NCBI GenBank assembly: GCA_963741205.1
Contig: CAVUHW010000008.1
Location: 197,045 to 261,044, forward strand
Direction: 5' to 3'
DNA: 64,000 nt
DNA from: Nitrospirota bacterium
GTDB lineage: Bacteria > Nitrospirota > UBA9217
This document shows, piece by piece, positions 19,905 to 30,316 of this stretch (within the stretch, counting starts at the first letter, position 1; every line of letters starts with the position of its first letter). Made by a program: the position numbers and the translations under genes. The notes beneath the pieces were generated by a model, which did no database searches, was not told where the DNA came from, and worked only from the letters and a program-made list of their open reading frames with translations.

Positions 19905-21176
19905 ATGCGATTTATCACCGACCTCCACGTCCACTCCCACTATTCACGCGCGACGAGCAAGGACATGTGCCCCGAAGGCATCGGGAAGTGGGCGCAGCTC
20001 AAGGGCATCAGGGTCATCGGGACCGGGGACTTTACCCATCCGGGATGGCTCAAGGAGCTCCAGCATAAGCTCGAACCCCTGGGCAATGGACTCTTTGAGC
20101 TCAAGAAAGAATTCCGGAGCGCGGACGTGCCTGCCTCGTGCAGGGCCGACGTCTCGTTCATCCTCTCGGCGGAGATCAGCTGCATCTACAGCAAGAACGG
20201 TAGGACGCGGAAGGTCCACGCGATCGTCCTCGCACCGGACTTGGCGAGCGCGGCAAGGCTCAATCTTTCCCTCGCCAGGATCGGCAACCTCAATGCCGAC
20301 GGCAGGCCGATCCTGGGGCTCGACGCCAAGGAACTCCTCCGGATGACCCTCGAAGCCTCGCCCGACAACCTGTTCATCCCGGCCCACGCCTGGACGCCTC
20401 ATTTTTCCGTGTTCGGGGCGGCATCGGGTTTCGATTCCCTGGAGGAATGTTTCGAGGACCTGACGCCGCACATCTACGCCATTGAGACGGGCCTCTCATC
20501 GGACCCGCTCATGAACTGGAGGCTTTCGGCCCTGGACGGCATCACGCTCGTCTCTAATTCCGACGCCCACTCCGCAGCAAAGCTCGGGCGCGAGGCGAAT
20601 ATCCTGGACACGGAGATCTCCTATCCAGCGATCAGGGACGCGATCAGGACCCGCAAGGGGTTTAGCGGGACCATCGAGTTCTTTCCCGAAGAGGGGAAGT
20701 ACCACTACGACGGCCACCGGGACTGCGGCGTGAGCCTCGCGCCGAAAGAGACCGTTCATTATGACTATCTCTGCCCGGTCTGCGGCAGGAAAGTGACCGT
20801 GGGCGTGATGCACAGGGTCGAGAAGCTCGCGGACCGGGAGCACGGTTTTAAGCCTTCAAACGCGCCTTCGTATACGTCGATTATCCCCTTGCCGGAAATT
20901 ATCGCCGAGGGCCTGAAGTGCGGGGCGAACACGAAGAAGGTTAACACCCTTTATTTTTCCTTGCTCGAAAAACTCGGGAACGAATTCTCCATTCTCATGG
21001 ACGTTCCGCTCGACGATATCGAGCGCGCGGGAACGCCGCTCGTCCGCGAGGCGATCTCGCGCATGCGCGCGGGCAATGTGCATATCGCGCCGGGTTTCGA
21101 CGGCGAGTTCGGCAAGATCAGGATCTTCGAGGAAGTGGAGAGGCGGGAGTTCAAGGGGCAGTTGAAGCTGTTGTGA
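19905..21176 (+). CDS. Endonuclease Q family (PHP + Zn finger)
   Basis: DLHVHSHYSRATS, GTGDFTHP, PAHAWTP, ETGLSSD, SNSDAHS, GKYHYDGHRDC, CPVC. Confidence 0.92.
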   Translation: MRFITDLHVHSHYSRATSKDMCPEGIGKWAQLKGIRVIGTGDFTHPGWLKELQHKLEPLGNGLFELKKEFRSADVPASCRADVSFILSAEISCIYSKNGRTRKVHAIVLAPDLASAARLNLSLARIGNLNADGRPILGLDAKELLRMTLEASPDNLFIPAHAWTPHFSVFGAASGFDSLEECFEDLTPHIYAIETGLSSDPLMNWRLSALDGITLVSNSDAHSAAKLGREANILDTEISYPAIRDAIRTRKGFSGTIEFFPEEGKYHYDGHRDCGVSLAPKETVHYDYLCPVCGRKVTVGVMHRVEKLADREHGFKPSNAPSYTSIIPLPEIIAEGLKCGANTKKVNTLYFSLLEKLGNEFSILMDVPLDDIERAGTPLVREAISRMRAGNVHIAPGFDGEFGKIRIFEEVERREFKGQLKLL

Positions 21177-21185
21177 TATTTTCCC

Positions 21186-21282
21186 GTCATTCCCGAACGC
21201 TTCTATCGGGAATCCAGGTTTTCGAGGTTTTCGAGTAGAATCAAGATACACCATATCCCCGATAAGACCATTCGGGGATGAC
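21186..21282. repeat. CGTC-type REP doublet
   Basis: GTCATTCCCG..CGGGAATCC spacer TCCCCG..CGGGGATGAC. Confidence 0.8.
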
Positions 21283-21320
21283 AACTTAATGATACCTTTG
21301 CTTCGTCCGGAGACCGCGCA

Positions 21321-22926
21321 ATGTCATTAAGCATTCATCGTATTCTCGACGGCCTGAACGAATCCCAGAAGAAGGCGGTCACCACGACGGACGGCCACTT
21401 GCTCATCGTCGCCGGGCCGGGGACGGGAAAGACCCTGACCCTCGTCCGGAGGATCGCCTGGCTCATCCATCAGGGTGAGCGGCCGGAAGACATCCTCGCG
21501 GTCACCTTCACGAACCGGGCCGCGCGGGAGATGCGTGAGAGGACAGAGGCGCTGCTCGGGGATGTTGCCGGCCGGGTGTTTATCGGCACACTTCATCTCT
21601 TCGGCCTCAGGGTGATGCAGGAGGCGCTCGGAGCCGGTTTCACCGTGTACAGCAGGGAGGAGCAGATCGGGCTCCTCAAATCACTTCTCAATATCTCCGC
21701 GAAAAAAGCGCAGCACGCAGCTGAAAGGATCTCGAGGATAAAAAATTCCCTGGAGGATGCTGACGAAGAAACGCAGGCAATCTCCAGGTCCTATCAGGCC
21801 GCCCTCAAGCAGCAGAATGCCGTTGACTTCGAAGACCTCATTCTCACGCCCATCGAGATCCTCAGAAACAATCCGTCGGCATTCAAGAGCACGTTCACCC
21901 ATATCATGGTCGATGAATACCAGGACATCAATCCCGCCCAGTATACCTTACTCAAGCACCTCACTCAAAACGGGGCAAGACTCTGCGCAATCGGCGACTC
22001 GGACCAGGCAATCTACAGCTTCCGGGGCGCAGACACGGCCGCTTTTCTCCGTTTTGGCGTTGATTTCAAAAACGCCGCGACGGTCACGCTGACGGAGAAT
22101 TACCGCTCAACAGGCGCGGTCCTGTCCGCCTCGAACAACGTGATCAGGAACAATCACCTGAGAATCGAGAAGGCAATAACCTCCACGCGGGAGAGAGGCG
22201 GCCCGGTATGCGTCGTCTCCGTGCCTGACGAGAGGGCTGAGGGCGACTGGATCGTGCGGGAGATCGAGGCGAGGATCGGCGGCACGAGCCATCACCAGAT
22301 GAGAAGGCGGCGCAACGAGGGACGTGCCAGCGGGACCGTTCAATTTCTCCGATTTCGCCGTGATCTTTCGGACGAACTCCCAGGCAAAGGCCGTAGAAGA
22401 GGCGTTCATCGATTCAGGCATTCCGTACCAGGTGATAGGCCGCAGGAGCAGCCTGCAGTCGAAAACCCTGGACGAGACCGTTACCTACCTCCGGTCGCTG
22501 GTCCATCCCGATGATGCAGCAACGAGCCTCGTAGATGGAAACGAACTGAAACTCCTCACGGCCTCCGATTACTTCGATCCCCGCGCGAACGCCGTTACGC
22601 TCACGACGATGCACACGGCAAAGGGACTGGAGTTCAGAGTTGTGTTCATCGCAGGATGCGAAGACGGCCTCATCCCCTGCACCATCATGAAGGACGGCGT
22701 CGATATCGAGGAGGAGCGGCGGCTCTTCTATGTCGGCATGACGCGTGCGAAGGACGAGCTTTTTCTGCTCCATGCAAGGACGCGGTTCCTGTACGGGCAG
22801 AGGCTGGCCCCGTCTCCCTCGCCGTTTGTCGATGAAATTCCCGTTGAATTGATCGAGAGAAGGGTGATGCAGGACAAGGTAATAAAACAGAAAGAGCCCG
22901 ACCGGCAGATGGGGTTGTTTTCATAA
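21321..22926 (+). CDS. UvrD/PcrA-family SF1 helicase, short (2B domain largely absent); frameshift ~22320
   Basis: AGPGTGKT, DEYQD, GDSDQAIYSFRGA, ENYRS, TMHTAKGLEF, EERRLFYVGMTRA. Confidence 0.9.
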
Positions 22927-22940
22927 TCCCACCAAATCAT

Positions 22941-22966
22941 GTCATTCCCGAGTGTTAATCGGGAAT
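22941..22966. repeat. single CGTC-type REP half
   Basis: GTCATTCCCGAGTGTTAATCGGGAAT. Confidence 0.65.
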
Positions 22967-23031
22967 ATGGTTCTCTTTGACTCTTTTGTCATCTTTGCCT
23001 TTCCCTGCGCGATGTGTTATTATACAAACCC

Positions 23032-24568
23032 GTGAGTCCTATACAACCTACGATCATTCGTCGTTCCGAACACCACATCTCGCGCAAGTGGATCAGTCCT
23101 AATGCCCTCCGCGTTCTCTACCGCCTGAAGGAAAAGGGTTATTACGCCTACCTGGTGGGAGGCGGCGTGCGCGACCTCCTCTTGGGCCGCGAGCCCAAGG
23201 ACTTCGACATCGCTACGGACGCGAGCCCCAACGAGGTCAAAAAGGCCTTCCGCAACTGCCGGCTCATAGGACGGCGCTTCCGCCTCGCTCACGTTCATTT
23301 TCACGATGAGATCATCGAGGTGGCCACGTTCCGGTCCAATGTCGAGGAAGAGCCGGCAGCTGAAGCAGCCGCACCTGCCGGACAACCCGGCTCGCATCCG
23401 ATGGCTGAATCCCCTGGGCCGGAATCCGCAGTATCCGTGGAGCCCGCGCCTTCGTCAGACTCGGTGCAGGCTTCGACCGAAGCCGAAGCGCCTCCCGCGG
23501 GAATCATTGCGGGAGAGACCCCGACTGCCGCAGTGAGACCCAGGCCTCCGCGCCTCCTCAAGACCGAGGACGGCATGATCCTCCGCGACAATCTCTTCGG
23601 TACGCCTGAAGAAGACTCCCTGCGCCGCGACTTCACCGTGAACGCGCTCTTCTACAACATCGAGGACTATTCGGTCATCGACTATGTCGGCGGGATGGAG
23701 GACCTCAAAAACGGCCTCATCCGCATCATCGGCGATCCGGTTGTGCGGTTCACCGAGGACCCGGTGCGCATGGTGCGAGCCGTGCGGTTCGCTGCCATGC
23801 TCGGGTTCGAGATCGAGGAACAGACGTACCATGCGCTCCTGGAAGTGAAGGACAAGGTCGCCCTTGCGTCGCCGGCCAGGATGTACGAGGAGGTGCAGAA
23901 GCTCTTCCTCCTGGGCGAAGGGGAAAAAACGTACCAGCTGCTCAGGAAGACCGGCTTGTTCGGGGTGATCTTTCCGCGCCTGAACGAATGGGTGGATACG
24001 GAGAGCGACGGGTTTCCGCACATCTGGATCGGCAAGGCCCTCGAGTGGGTCGACACCTGTATTCAGGCCGGCAGAAAAGTGGAACCGTATATTCTCTTCG
24101 CTCTTCTCTTCGGGCAGTTCATCGAGGAAAAGGCGGAGAAACTGACGAGGCCGCCGGCGTCCCCGCACTGGACGCCGTCACGAAAGCGGTGACGGAGACC
24201 CTGTCCGAACAGGCGCAGCGGGTGATGATCCCGAAAAAAGTCGGGCTTGCCGATGCGGGACATGTACTGGAACCAGCAGCGCTTCGAAAAACGGGAAGGG
24301 AAATACCCTCGTTATTTCCTGCGCAGGCCCGGCTTCGCCGACGCCTATCGAATACCTGCGGTTCACGAGCGAGACCACGGGCGAGCGGAAAGAGCTCCGC
24401 GCCTGGTGGAAGGAGTTCATCAAGGCCAATCCCGTCACCCACGGCGAAGACACCCTTGAAGTGAAAGGGCGGAAGGGTCTGGGCCGCAAGGAGAACGTGC
24501 GGCCTTCCCGCCGCAGGAGAAGAGGACGGAGGCGGGAAGGGCCGGATTCGCGAACACCAAAGGCGTAA
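23032..24568 (+). CDS. pcnB: poly(A) polymerase I; frameshifts in C-terminal part
   Basis: LVGGGVRD, PKDFDIAT, PAP-I signature LIGRRFRLAHV, RRDFTVNAL, EDPVRM, Arg-rich tail. Confidence 0.9.
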
Positions 24569-24603
24569 TAATCGATTTATTATTGCATTATCATCCAACC
24601 GAT

Positions 24604-24686
24604 TGTCATCCCCGAATGCCTCTATCGGGGATCCATTTTGACGTGAATAAAATGGATTCCCGCTCAGAAGCGCTGCGGGAATGACA
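24604..24686. repeat. CGTC-type REP doublet
   Basis: TGTCATCCCCG..CGGGGATCC..GGATTCCCGC..GCGGGAATGACA. Confidence 0.8.
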
Positions 24687-24724
24687 TCTTATAATGTTGT
24701 TATTATTATTTTGAGACTTTTTTT

Positions 24725-25459
24725 ATGCCCCGACCCCCGCGCTTTTTCATATCTCCTGATCAGATTTCCGGCACCCACATTACTATCGTCGGCGAGGATG
24801 CGAAGCACATCGCTGCGGTACTGCGCATGAAGGCCGGCGACGAGCTCCTTCTCTGCGACGGGGAGGGGACCGACTATATGGTGAAAATCACCCATGTCGA
24901 ACGGTCCGGGATCACGGCGGAGATCGCCGGGCAATCGAAACGGGAGGTCCACTTCCCGCGCATCAGCCTCGGCCAGGGCTTACCCAAATCCGACAAGATG
25001 GACTGGATCGTGCAGAAGGCCTCGGAACTCGGGGTCGAGTCCATCGCCCCTCTCGTTACGGAACGGGCCATCGTCAAAATCAAGGATGAAAAGAAGCGGA
25101 TCGAGCGCTGGCAGAAGATTGCCAGGGAAGCGGCGATGCAGAGCAACAGGCCGGACATACCGAAGGTGCTACCGATCCGGCGCTTTGATGATTATCTCCG
25201 GACCTTGGGCCCTGCCCCCCGGACCCTGCTTCTCTTCCCCTGGGAAGAGGGAACGGAACCGATCAGGAATGTTCTCAGGCAGCATCCCGGCGTAAAGAAC
25301 ATCATCGTCCTCATCGGCCCAGAAGGCGGATTTTCGGCAGCGGAAGCGGAATCAGCCAGGAGCCGGGGGTTCCATCCCGTGAGTCTGGGGCCGAACATCC
25401 TCCGCACCGAGACCGCGGCAATAGCGGTCTTGAGTATGGTTGGGTATGAATTTAGTTGA
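24725..25459 (+). CDS. rsmE: 16S rRNA m3U1498 methyltransferase
   Basis: HIAAVLRM, QKASELG, EAAMQS, IGPEGGF, LGPNILRTETA. Confidence 0.95.
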   Translation: MPRPPRFFISPDQISGTHITIVGEDAKHIAAVLRMKAGDELLLCDGEGTDYMVKITHVERSGITAEIAGQSKREVHFPRISLGQGLPKSDKMDWIVQKASELGVESIAPLVTERAIVKIKDEKKRIERWQKIAREAAMQSNRPDIPKVLPIRRFDDYLRTLGPAPRTLLLFPWEEGTEPIRNVLRQHPGVKNIIVLIGPEGGFSAAEAESARSRGFHPVSLGPNILRTETAAIAVLSMVGYEFS

Positions 25460-25492
25460 CATCCGGACCGGTGTCCTACATAATGTAGGACA
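25456..25492 (+). promoter_or_regulatory. TA promoter with palindromic operator
   Basis: TTGACA at 25456; inverted repeat TGTCCTACA-TAA-TGTAGGACA over the -10. Confidence 0.7.
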
Positions 25493-25503
25493 GGAGGTAC
25501 GTT

Positions 25504-25770
25504 ATGCCGTCCAGCACGCGACTAGATAAAGAAACCGAGGCCCTGTTAAAGAAGGCCGCCGAATACAAAGGGGTCACCAAGTCCGAAATGGTGCGCGAGT
25601 CCATCCGGGAGTATTGCGCGAAGATCGTGGAGCAAAAGCAGCGGACGCCGTGGGAAATCTACCAGTCTCTGCAGCCGATAGAAGGCAGCGGTCACGGTAA
25701 AAGGGTTGAGAAGAGCAAAGAAATTCTAAAGAAAAAATTTGAGGACATGCGTAAAAAATGGTCATCGTAG
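25504..25770 (+). CDS. ribbon-helix-helix antitoxin (VapB-like)
   Basis: STRLD...TKSEMVRESIREY; overlaps PIN gene. Confidence 0.8.
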   Translation: MPSSTRLDKETEALLKKAAEYKGVTKSEMVRESIREYCAKIVEQKQRTPWEIYQSLQPIEGSGHGKRVEKSKEILKKKFEDMRKKWSS

Positions 25771-26162
25771 ATACCGGCCCGCTTGTCGCCCTCTTCGATA
25801 AGACAGAGGCGGCCCATGAACAATGCCAATCGGCGTTGAAGCAGATCAAAGCATTGCCCGTGACAACGTGGCCGGTGCTGACGGAAACCTTTTATCTTCT
25901 GGGAGACTGGGAGAAGGGACAAAAAAAACTTTGGGATTTCATTTTGTCAGGCGGTCTTCGTATCGACGATATCCCCGACGAGTGCTACCCCCGCATGCGG
26001 GAGCTGATGGAAAAATACGCGGACAAGCCGATGGATGTTGCGGACGCATCCTTAGTCGTGCTCTCGGAGATGCACAAGGCAAAGACCATATTCACGCTCG
26101 ATCGCGGCGACTTTTCCGTGTACCGTCCGCAGCACACTCCGCATTTTCGGATAATTCCGTAA
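25758..26162 (+). CDS. PIN-domain toxin (VapC-like)
   Basis: IVDTGPLVA, VLTE, MDVADASLV, FTLDRGDF. Confidence 0.92.
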   Translation: MVIVDTGPLVALFDKTEAAHEQCQSALKQIKALPVTTWPVLTETFYLLGDWEKGQKKLWDFILSGGLRIDDIPDECYPRMRELMEKYADKPMDVADASLVVLSEMHKAKTIFTLDRGDFSVYRPQHTPHFRIIP

Positions 26163-26381
26163 CACCTCGACTTTTTTATATTGTGCGGTACGCAGAAGGC
26201 CGAAGTATGTTGCTCAGGAGAGTAATATAGGGAAGAAGATCTTCACGATGGCAAAGAAAACAGCATGTGTCCGCGGAGACGCCCATCAATCTGTGGCTCA
26301 AAGAAAAACTATCCTCGGCTGGCGAAAGTACGGCGAGGCCTGCTGAGTTCCGGCAATTGGGTAAGCGACGGAGGAAACGCG

Positions 26382-27179
26382 ATGAATCAACCTGATTTCG
26401 ATTTTGATGTTGTGGACCCGAAGGCAGCCGATCAGGCCGTTCCCGTTTATCCCGTTGCCCAGTGGCACAACGGGCAGCAGACCATGAAAGCCCTCGGGGG
26501 TGTGCAATTCACAGGCGGCGTGGTTTTACCGAAAAAATATCTGCCCGACGGCTTCACGCTTGCCGGGTGGAAGGAGGAGCGAATCACGTTTCGCAGCGGC
26601 AGGGAGGAATCCGTGTTGACAGCACGCGAAGTCGCCCTGGCGCCGATACGGACGAGGTTCCGCTGGTTCGCCAGGCAGGGCAATGAAACCGCTTATTTCC
26701 CGCGTAACGCTTACGTCATGGGCGCGAACATGCGGGGGCATCTGCAGATGCTTGTTGCGGTGAAGGGCGTCACTGAACCAATTGTCATTACCTTCAAAGG
26801 CAAGGCATCGCAGGCGTTCGAGACGGCACTTAAGGATTTCTCGGCGAAAGTGGTGCAGGCGGCCAACCGTAAGGCGCCGAAAGGCAAAGCACTTCCTCGC
26901 TACGCGTTCTGGATGAGGATCTCACCGGGTCCGCACTCGAAGGCGGGAAGCGCCGGACAGGAAGCGGTGGTTACCCTCCCGACCCTCAGTCTGCCCGCGG
27001 AACTCACCCGGGAGCAGTTGCATGCATCGTACGTCGGACGCGACAACCTCATCCGCTTTCAGGAATGGCATCAGGAGGCGGAACCCTGGGTGCAGGCCTG
27101 GGAAAAGACCGGCGTTGAACATGCCGAGGGCGCATCTGATTTTGACGACGAGCCGGATGCCGGCCATAAACCGCATTGA
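26382..27179 (+). CDS. hypothetical protein, possibly a phage-type ssDNA-binding protein
   Basis: GGAGG RBS; beta-rich aromatic/basic core, acidic tail DFDDEPD. Confidence 0.6.
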   Translation: MNQPDFDFDVVDPKAADQAVPVYPVAQWHNGQQTMKALGGVQFTGGVVLPKKYLPDGFTLAGWKEERITFRSGREESVLTAREVALAPIRTRFRWFARQGNETAYFPRNAYVMGANMRGHLQMLVAVKGVTEPIVITFKGKASQAFETALKDFSAKVVQAANRKAPKGKALPRYAFWMRISPGPHSKAGSAGQEAVVTLPTLSLPAELTREQLHASYVGRDNLIRFQEWHQEAEPWVQAWEKTGVEHAEGASDFDDEPDAGHKPH

Positions 27180-27311
27180 GACGCCGCTGTTCGGACCATT
27201 CTTTTCCGCGGTAAATTCATATGTTCGGTGCTGTTCACTCCCGGTATTTTCCTTGACATAAAAACAGCGGAGATGTTAATATCATCATCTGCGGAAAGGC
27301 GGCTCCCCCCT

Positions 27312-27776
27312 ATGAAACTGGCGATCGGCTGCGACCATGGCGGCTTTGAACTGAAGGAAGAAGTGCTGAAATTCATCAGGACCGTCGCGAACATCCAGGT
27401 CTCCGACCTCGGGCCGAAGGAGAGGGAATCGGTCGATTATCCGGACTTCGGCGCAAAGGTCTCCGACGCCGTATCGAAAGGCGCCGTGGACCGGGGCATC
27501 CTGATCTGCGGCACCGGCATCGGCATGTCGATCGTGGCGAACCGGTATCCCAATGTCCGCGCGGCCCTGTGCCACGACCATTTTACGGCGCAGATGAGCC
27601 GGGAGCACAATGACGCGAACGTTCTCGTCATGGGCGAGCGCGTCCTCGGCAAGGGCGTGGCGCTGGAGATCGTGAAGACCTGGCTCGACACGCCGTTCGC
27701 CGGCGGCCGCCACCAGAAGCGGCTCGACAAGATAAGAGATATTGAAAACTCCATTAGGGTAGCAAGCAGCAAGTAG
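27312..27776 (+). CDS. rpiB: ribose-5-phosphate isomerase B
   Basis: GCDHGG, DYPD, CGTGIG, HNDAN, GGRH. Confidence 0.96.
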   Translation: MKLAIGCDHGGFELKEEVLKFIRTVANIQVSDLGPKERESVDYPDFGAKVSDAVSKGAVDRGILICGTGIGMSIVANRYPNVRAALCHDHFTAQMSREHNDANVLVMGERVLGKGVALEIVKTWLDTPFAGGRHQKRLDKIRDIENSIRVASSK

Positions 27777-27829
27777 CGAAGTAGCAAGGTTGGTCTTCCT
27801 TGCCCCTTGCTACATGACCCTTGACCCTA
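27756..27829. repeat. inverted heptamer-like repeats
   Basis: (TAGCAAG/CAGCAAG)n ... (CCTTG.C)n. Confidence 0.55.
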
Positions 27830-27846
27830 TTATTAAAGGATAGGCA

Positions 27847-29110
27847 ATGTCAGAACTCAAGGAAACGGACCCCGAGGTCTACAACGCGATCAAGGGCGAG
27901 GAGGAGCGGGAGCTCACCAAGATCGTCCTTATCGCGTCGGAGAATAATGTGAGCCAGGCCGTGCTCGAGGCGCAGGGTTCCGTGTTCACCAATAAATACG
28001 CAGAAGGGTACCCCCACCGCCGCTACTACGGCGGGTGCGAGTTCGCCGACCAGGTGGAATCGCTCGCGATCGAGCGCGCGAAGCAGATCTTCGGCGCCGA
28101 GCACGTGAATGTCCAGCCCCACTCCGGCTCCTCCGCGAACATGGCCGTCTATATGAGCGTGCTCCAGCCCGGGGACACGATCCTCGGCATGGGGCTTCCC
28201 CACGGCGGACACCTCACCCACGGGGCAGGCGTCAGCTTCTCGGGCACGCTGTATAAGTCCTTTTCCTACGGCGTGGACAAGAAGACGGAGCTCCTCGACT
28301 ACGACGAGGTGGAGCGGTTGGCCATCGAGCACAAGCCCAGGATGATCGTGTGCGGCTACAGCGCCTATTCGCGGGTCCTCGATTTCGCGCGGTTCCGTAC
28401 AGATCGCCGATAAAGTCGGCGCATATCTCATGGCGGACATCGCCCACATCGCGGGCCTCGTCGCCGCGGGCGAGCACCCGAGCCCGGTGCCCTATGCCGA
28501 CTTCGTGACGACGACGACGCACAAGACCCTGCGCGGCCCCCGCGGCGGCATGATCATGTGCAAGGAAAAGTTCGCCAAGGCGGTGGACAAGGTCATCTTC
28601 CCCGGCATCCAGGGCGGTCCGCTCGTGCACGTGATGGCGGCCAAGGCCGTCGCGTTCAAAGAGGCGCTCCAGCCGGAGTTCAAGGAATATCAGCGCCAGG
28701 TGAAAAAGAACGCCCGCGCCCTGGCGCAGCGCCTGACGGACGATGGTTTTCGCATCGTCTCGGGCACCACGGAAAACCATCTCATGCTGGTCGACCTGAC
28801 GCCCAAGAACATCACCGGCAAGGATGCCGAAACGGCGCTCGACGCCGCGGGCATCACGGTGAACAAGAACAGCATCCCCTACGACCAGAAGCCGCCGGTG
28901 ACGACGAGCGGCATTCGCCTCGGTACGCCCATCGTGACCACGCGCGGCATGCGCGAGCGGGAGATGAAGATCGTCGGCGATCTGATCTGCGAAGCGCTGG
29001 CCAATGGCCACTCTCCCGAAAAACTCGCCGCGATTAAGGGAGCGGACCAAGGCCTTCTGCTCCAAGTACCCGATGTTCGCGATGGAAAAAGTGACGGAAG
29101 GAGGACATAA
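27847..29110 (+). CDS. glyA: serine hydroxymethyltransferase; frameshifts ~28400 and ~29040, 3' end approximate
   Basis: [51 protein letters not shown]. Confidence 0.95.
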
Positions 29111-29137
29111 GGCACGGAGTTTCGGAGTGCTTAAACC

Positions 29138-29608
29138 ATGTCATGGACACAGACCAGATCCTGGGACGAATATTTCATGGAGATCGCGCACCTGGTGAAG
29201 AAGCGGGCGACATGCCTGCGGCGCCAGGTGGGGGCGGTGCTTGTCAAAGACAAGAACATCCTCGCCACGGGCTACAACGGCACGCCGTCGGGGATCGAAC
29301 ATTGCCTTGACCGCGGCTGCCTCCGGGAGAAGATGGGCATCCCTTCCGGCGAGCGGCACGAGATCTGCCGCGGACTCCACGCAGAGCAGAACGCGATCAT
29401 CCAGGCCGCGAAGCACGGCACGAACATCGACGGCGCCACGCTCTACTGCACGAACCAGCCCTGCGGCATCTGCGCCAAGATGATAATCAACGCCGGCGTG
29501 AAGCACCTCATATTTGAAGACGGCTACCCCGACCAGCTTGCGGCGGAGATGCTTGCCGAGTCCGGATTAAAAATCACGCAGTACAAGAAGGACAAGGGAC
29601 GTGGATGA
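29138..29608 (+). CDS. dCMP deaminase (ComEB family)
   Basis: [24 protein letters not shown]. Confidence 0.92.
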   Translation: MSWTQTRSWDEYFMEIAHLVKKRATCLRRQVGAVLVKDKNILATGYNGTPSGIEHCLDRGCLREKMGIPSGERHEICRGLHAEQNAIIQAAKHGTNIDGATLYCTNQPCGICAKMIINAGVKHLIFEDGYPDQLAAEMLAESGLKITQYKKDKGRG

Positions 29609-29732
29609 CGGACGACGGACGAGAGACGAGAGGTGCAAAAACTTTTTCGTCCATCGTCCGAGCGAACCTGTGCCCAGCGCTTACGAGTGCGTTGCGCGAG
29701 TGCAGGGTATGAAGTGAGCGGTCGTCCATCGT
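29603..29732. repeat. GACG/CGTC heptamer-based palindromic element (related copy at ~6150-6215)
   Basis: GGATGAC-GGACGAC-GGACGAG-AGACGAG ... TCGTCCATCGTCC ... GTCGTCCATCG. Confidence 0.6.
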
Positions 29733-29747
29733 TTTAGAAGGGTTCCT

Positions 29748-30299
29748 ATGCGCTGCCCCTACTGCACCAGCCTCGACAACAAAGTCGTCGACTCCCGGAT
29801 GGGGAAGGAAGGCGAGTCCATCCGCAGGAGGCGCGAGTGCCTCAAGTGCGAGGGACGGTTCACCACCTACGAACGCGTCGAGGAGGTCCTGCCGTCGGTC
29901 ATCAAAAAGGACGGACGCAGGGAGCCCTTCGACCGGATGAAGATCCTCTCCGGCCTCAAGAAGGCCTGCGAAAAGAGGCCCATCAGCATGGAGATGCTGG
30001 AAAGGACCGTGGACGAGATCGAGAGGACGCTCCAGGACAAGGGGCTCAAGGAAATCCCCAGCACGATCGTGGGCGAGGAAGTGATGGAGCGCCTCCACAA
30101 ACTGGACGAGGTCGCCTATGTCCGATTTGCCTCGGTCTACCGGTCCTTCCGGGACATCAACGAGTTCATGCACGAGCTCAAGGACATCCTGAGCAGCAAG
30201 GAAATGAATAAAGCGCACGACGTGACCGTCGAAAAACCGAAAAAGCCCGAAGAGAAAATTACAAAACCTGAAAAGCTGTCCCTGCCCCTCGACCCTTGA
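29748..30299 (+). CDS. nrdR: transcriptional repressor NrdR
   Basis: [24 protein letters not shown] cone, [10 protein letters not shown]. Confidence 0.96.
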   Translation: MRCPYCTSLDNKVVDSRMGKEGESIRRRRECLKCEGRFTTYERVEEVLPSVIKKDGRREPFDRMKILSGLKKACEKRPISMEMLERTVDEIERTLQDKGLKEIPSTIVGEEVMERLHKLDEVAYVRFASVYRSFRDINEFMHELKDILSSKEMNKAHDVTVEKPKKPEEKITKPEKLSLPLDP

Positions 30300-30316
30300 C
30301 CAGGCCGCCTCTTTCC

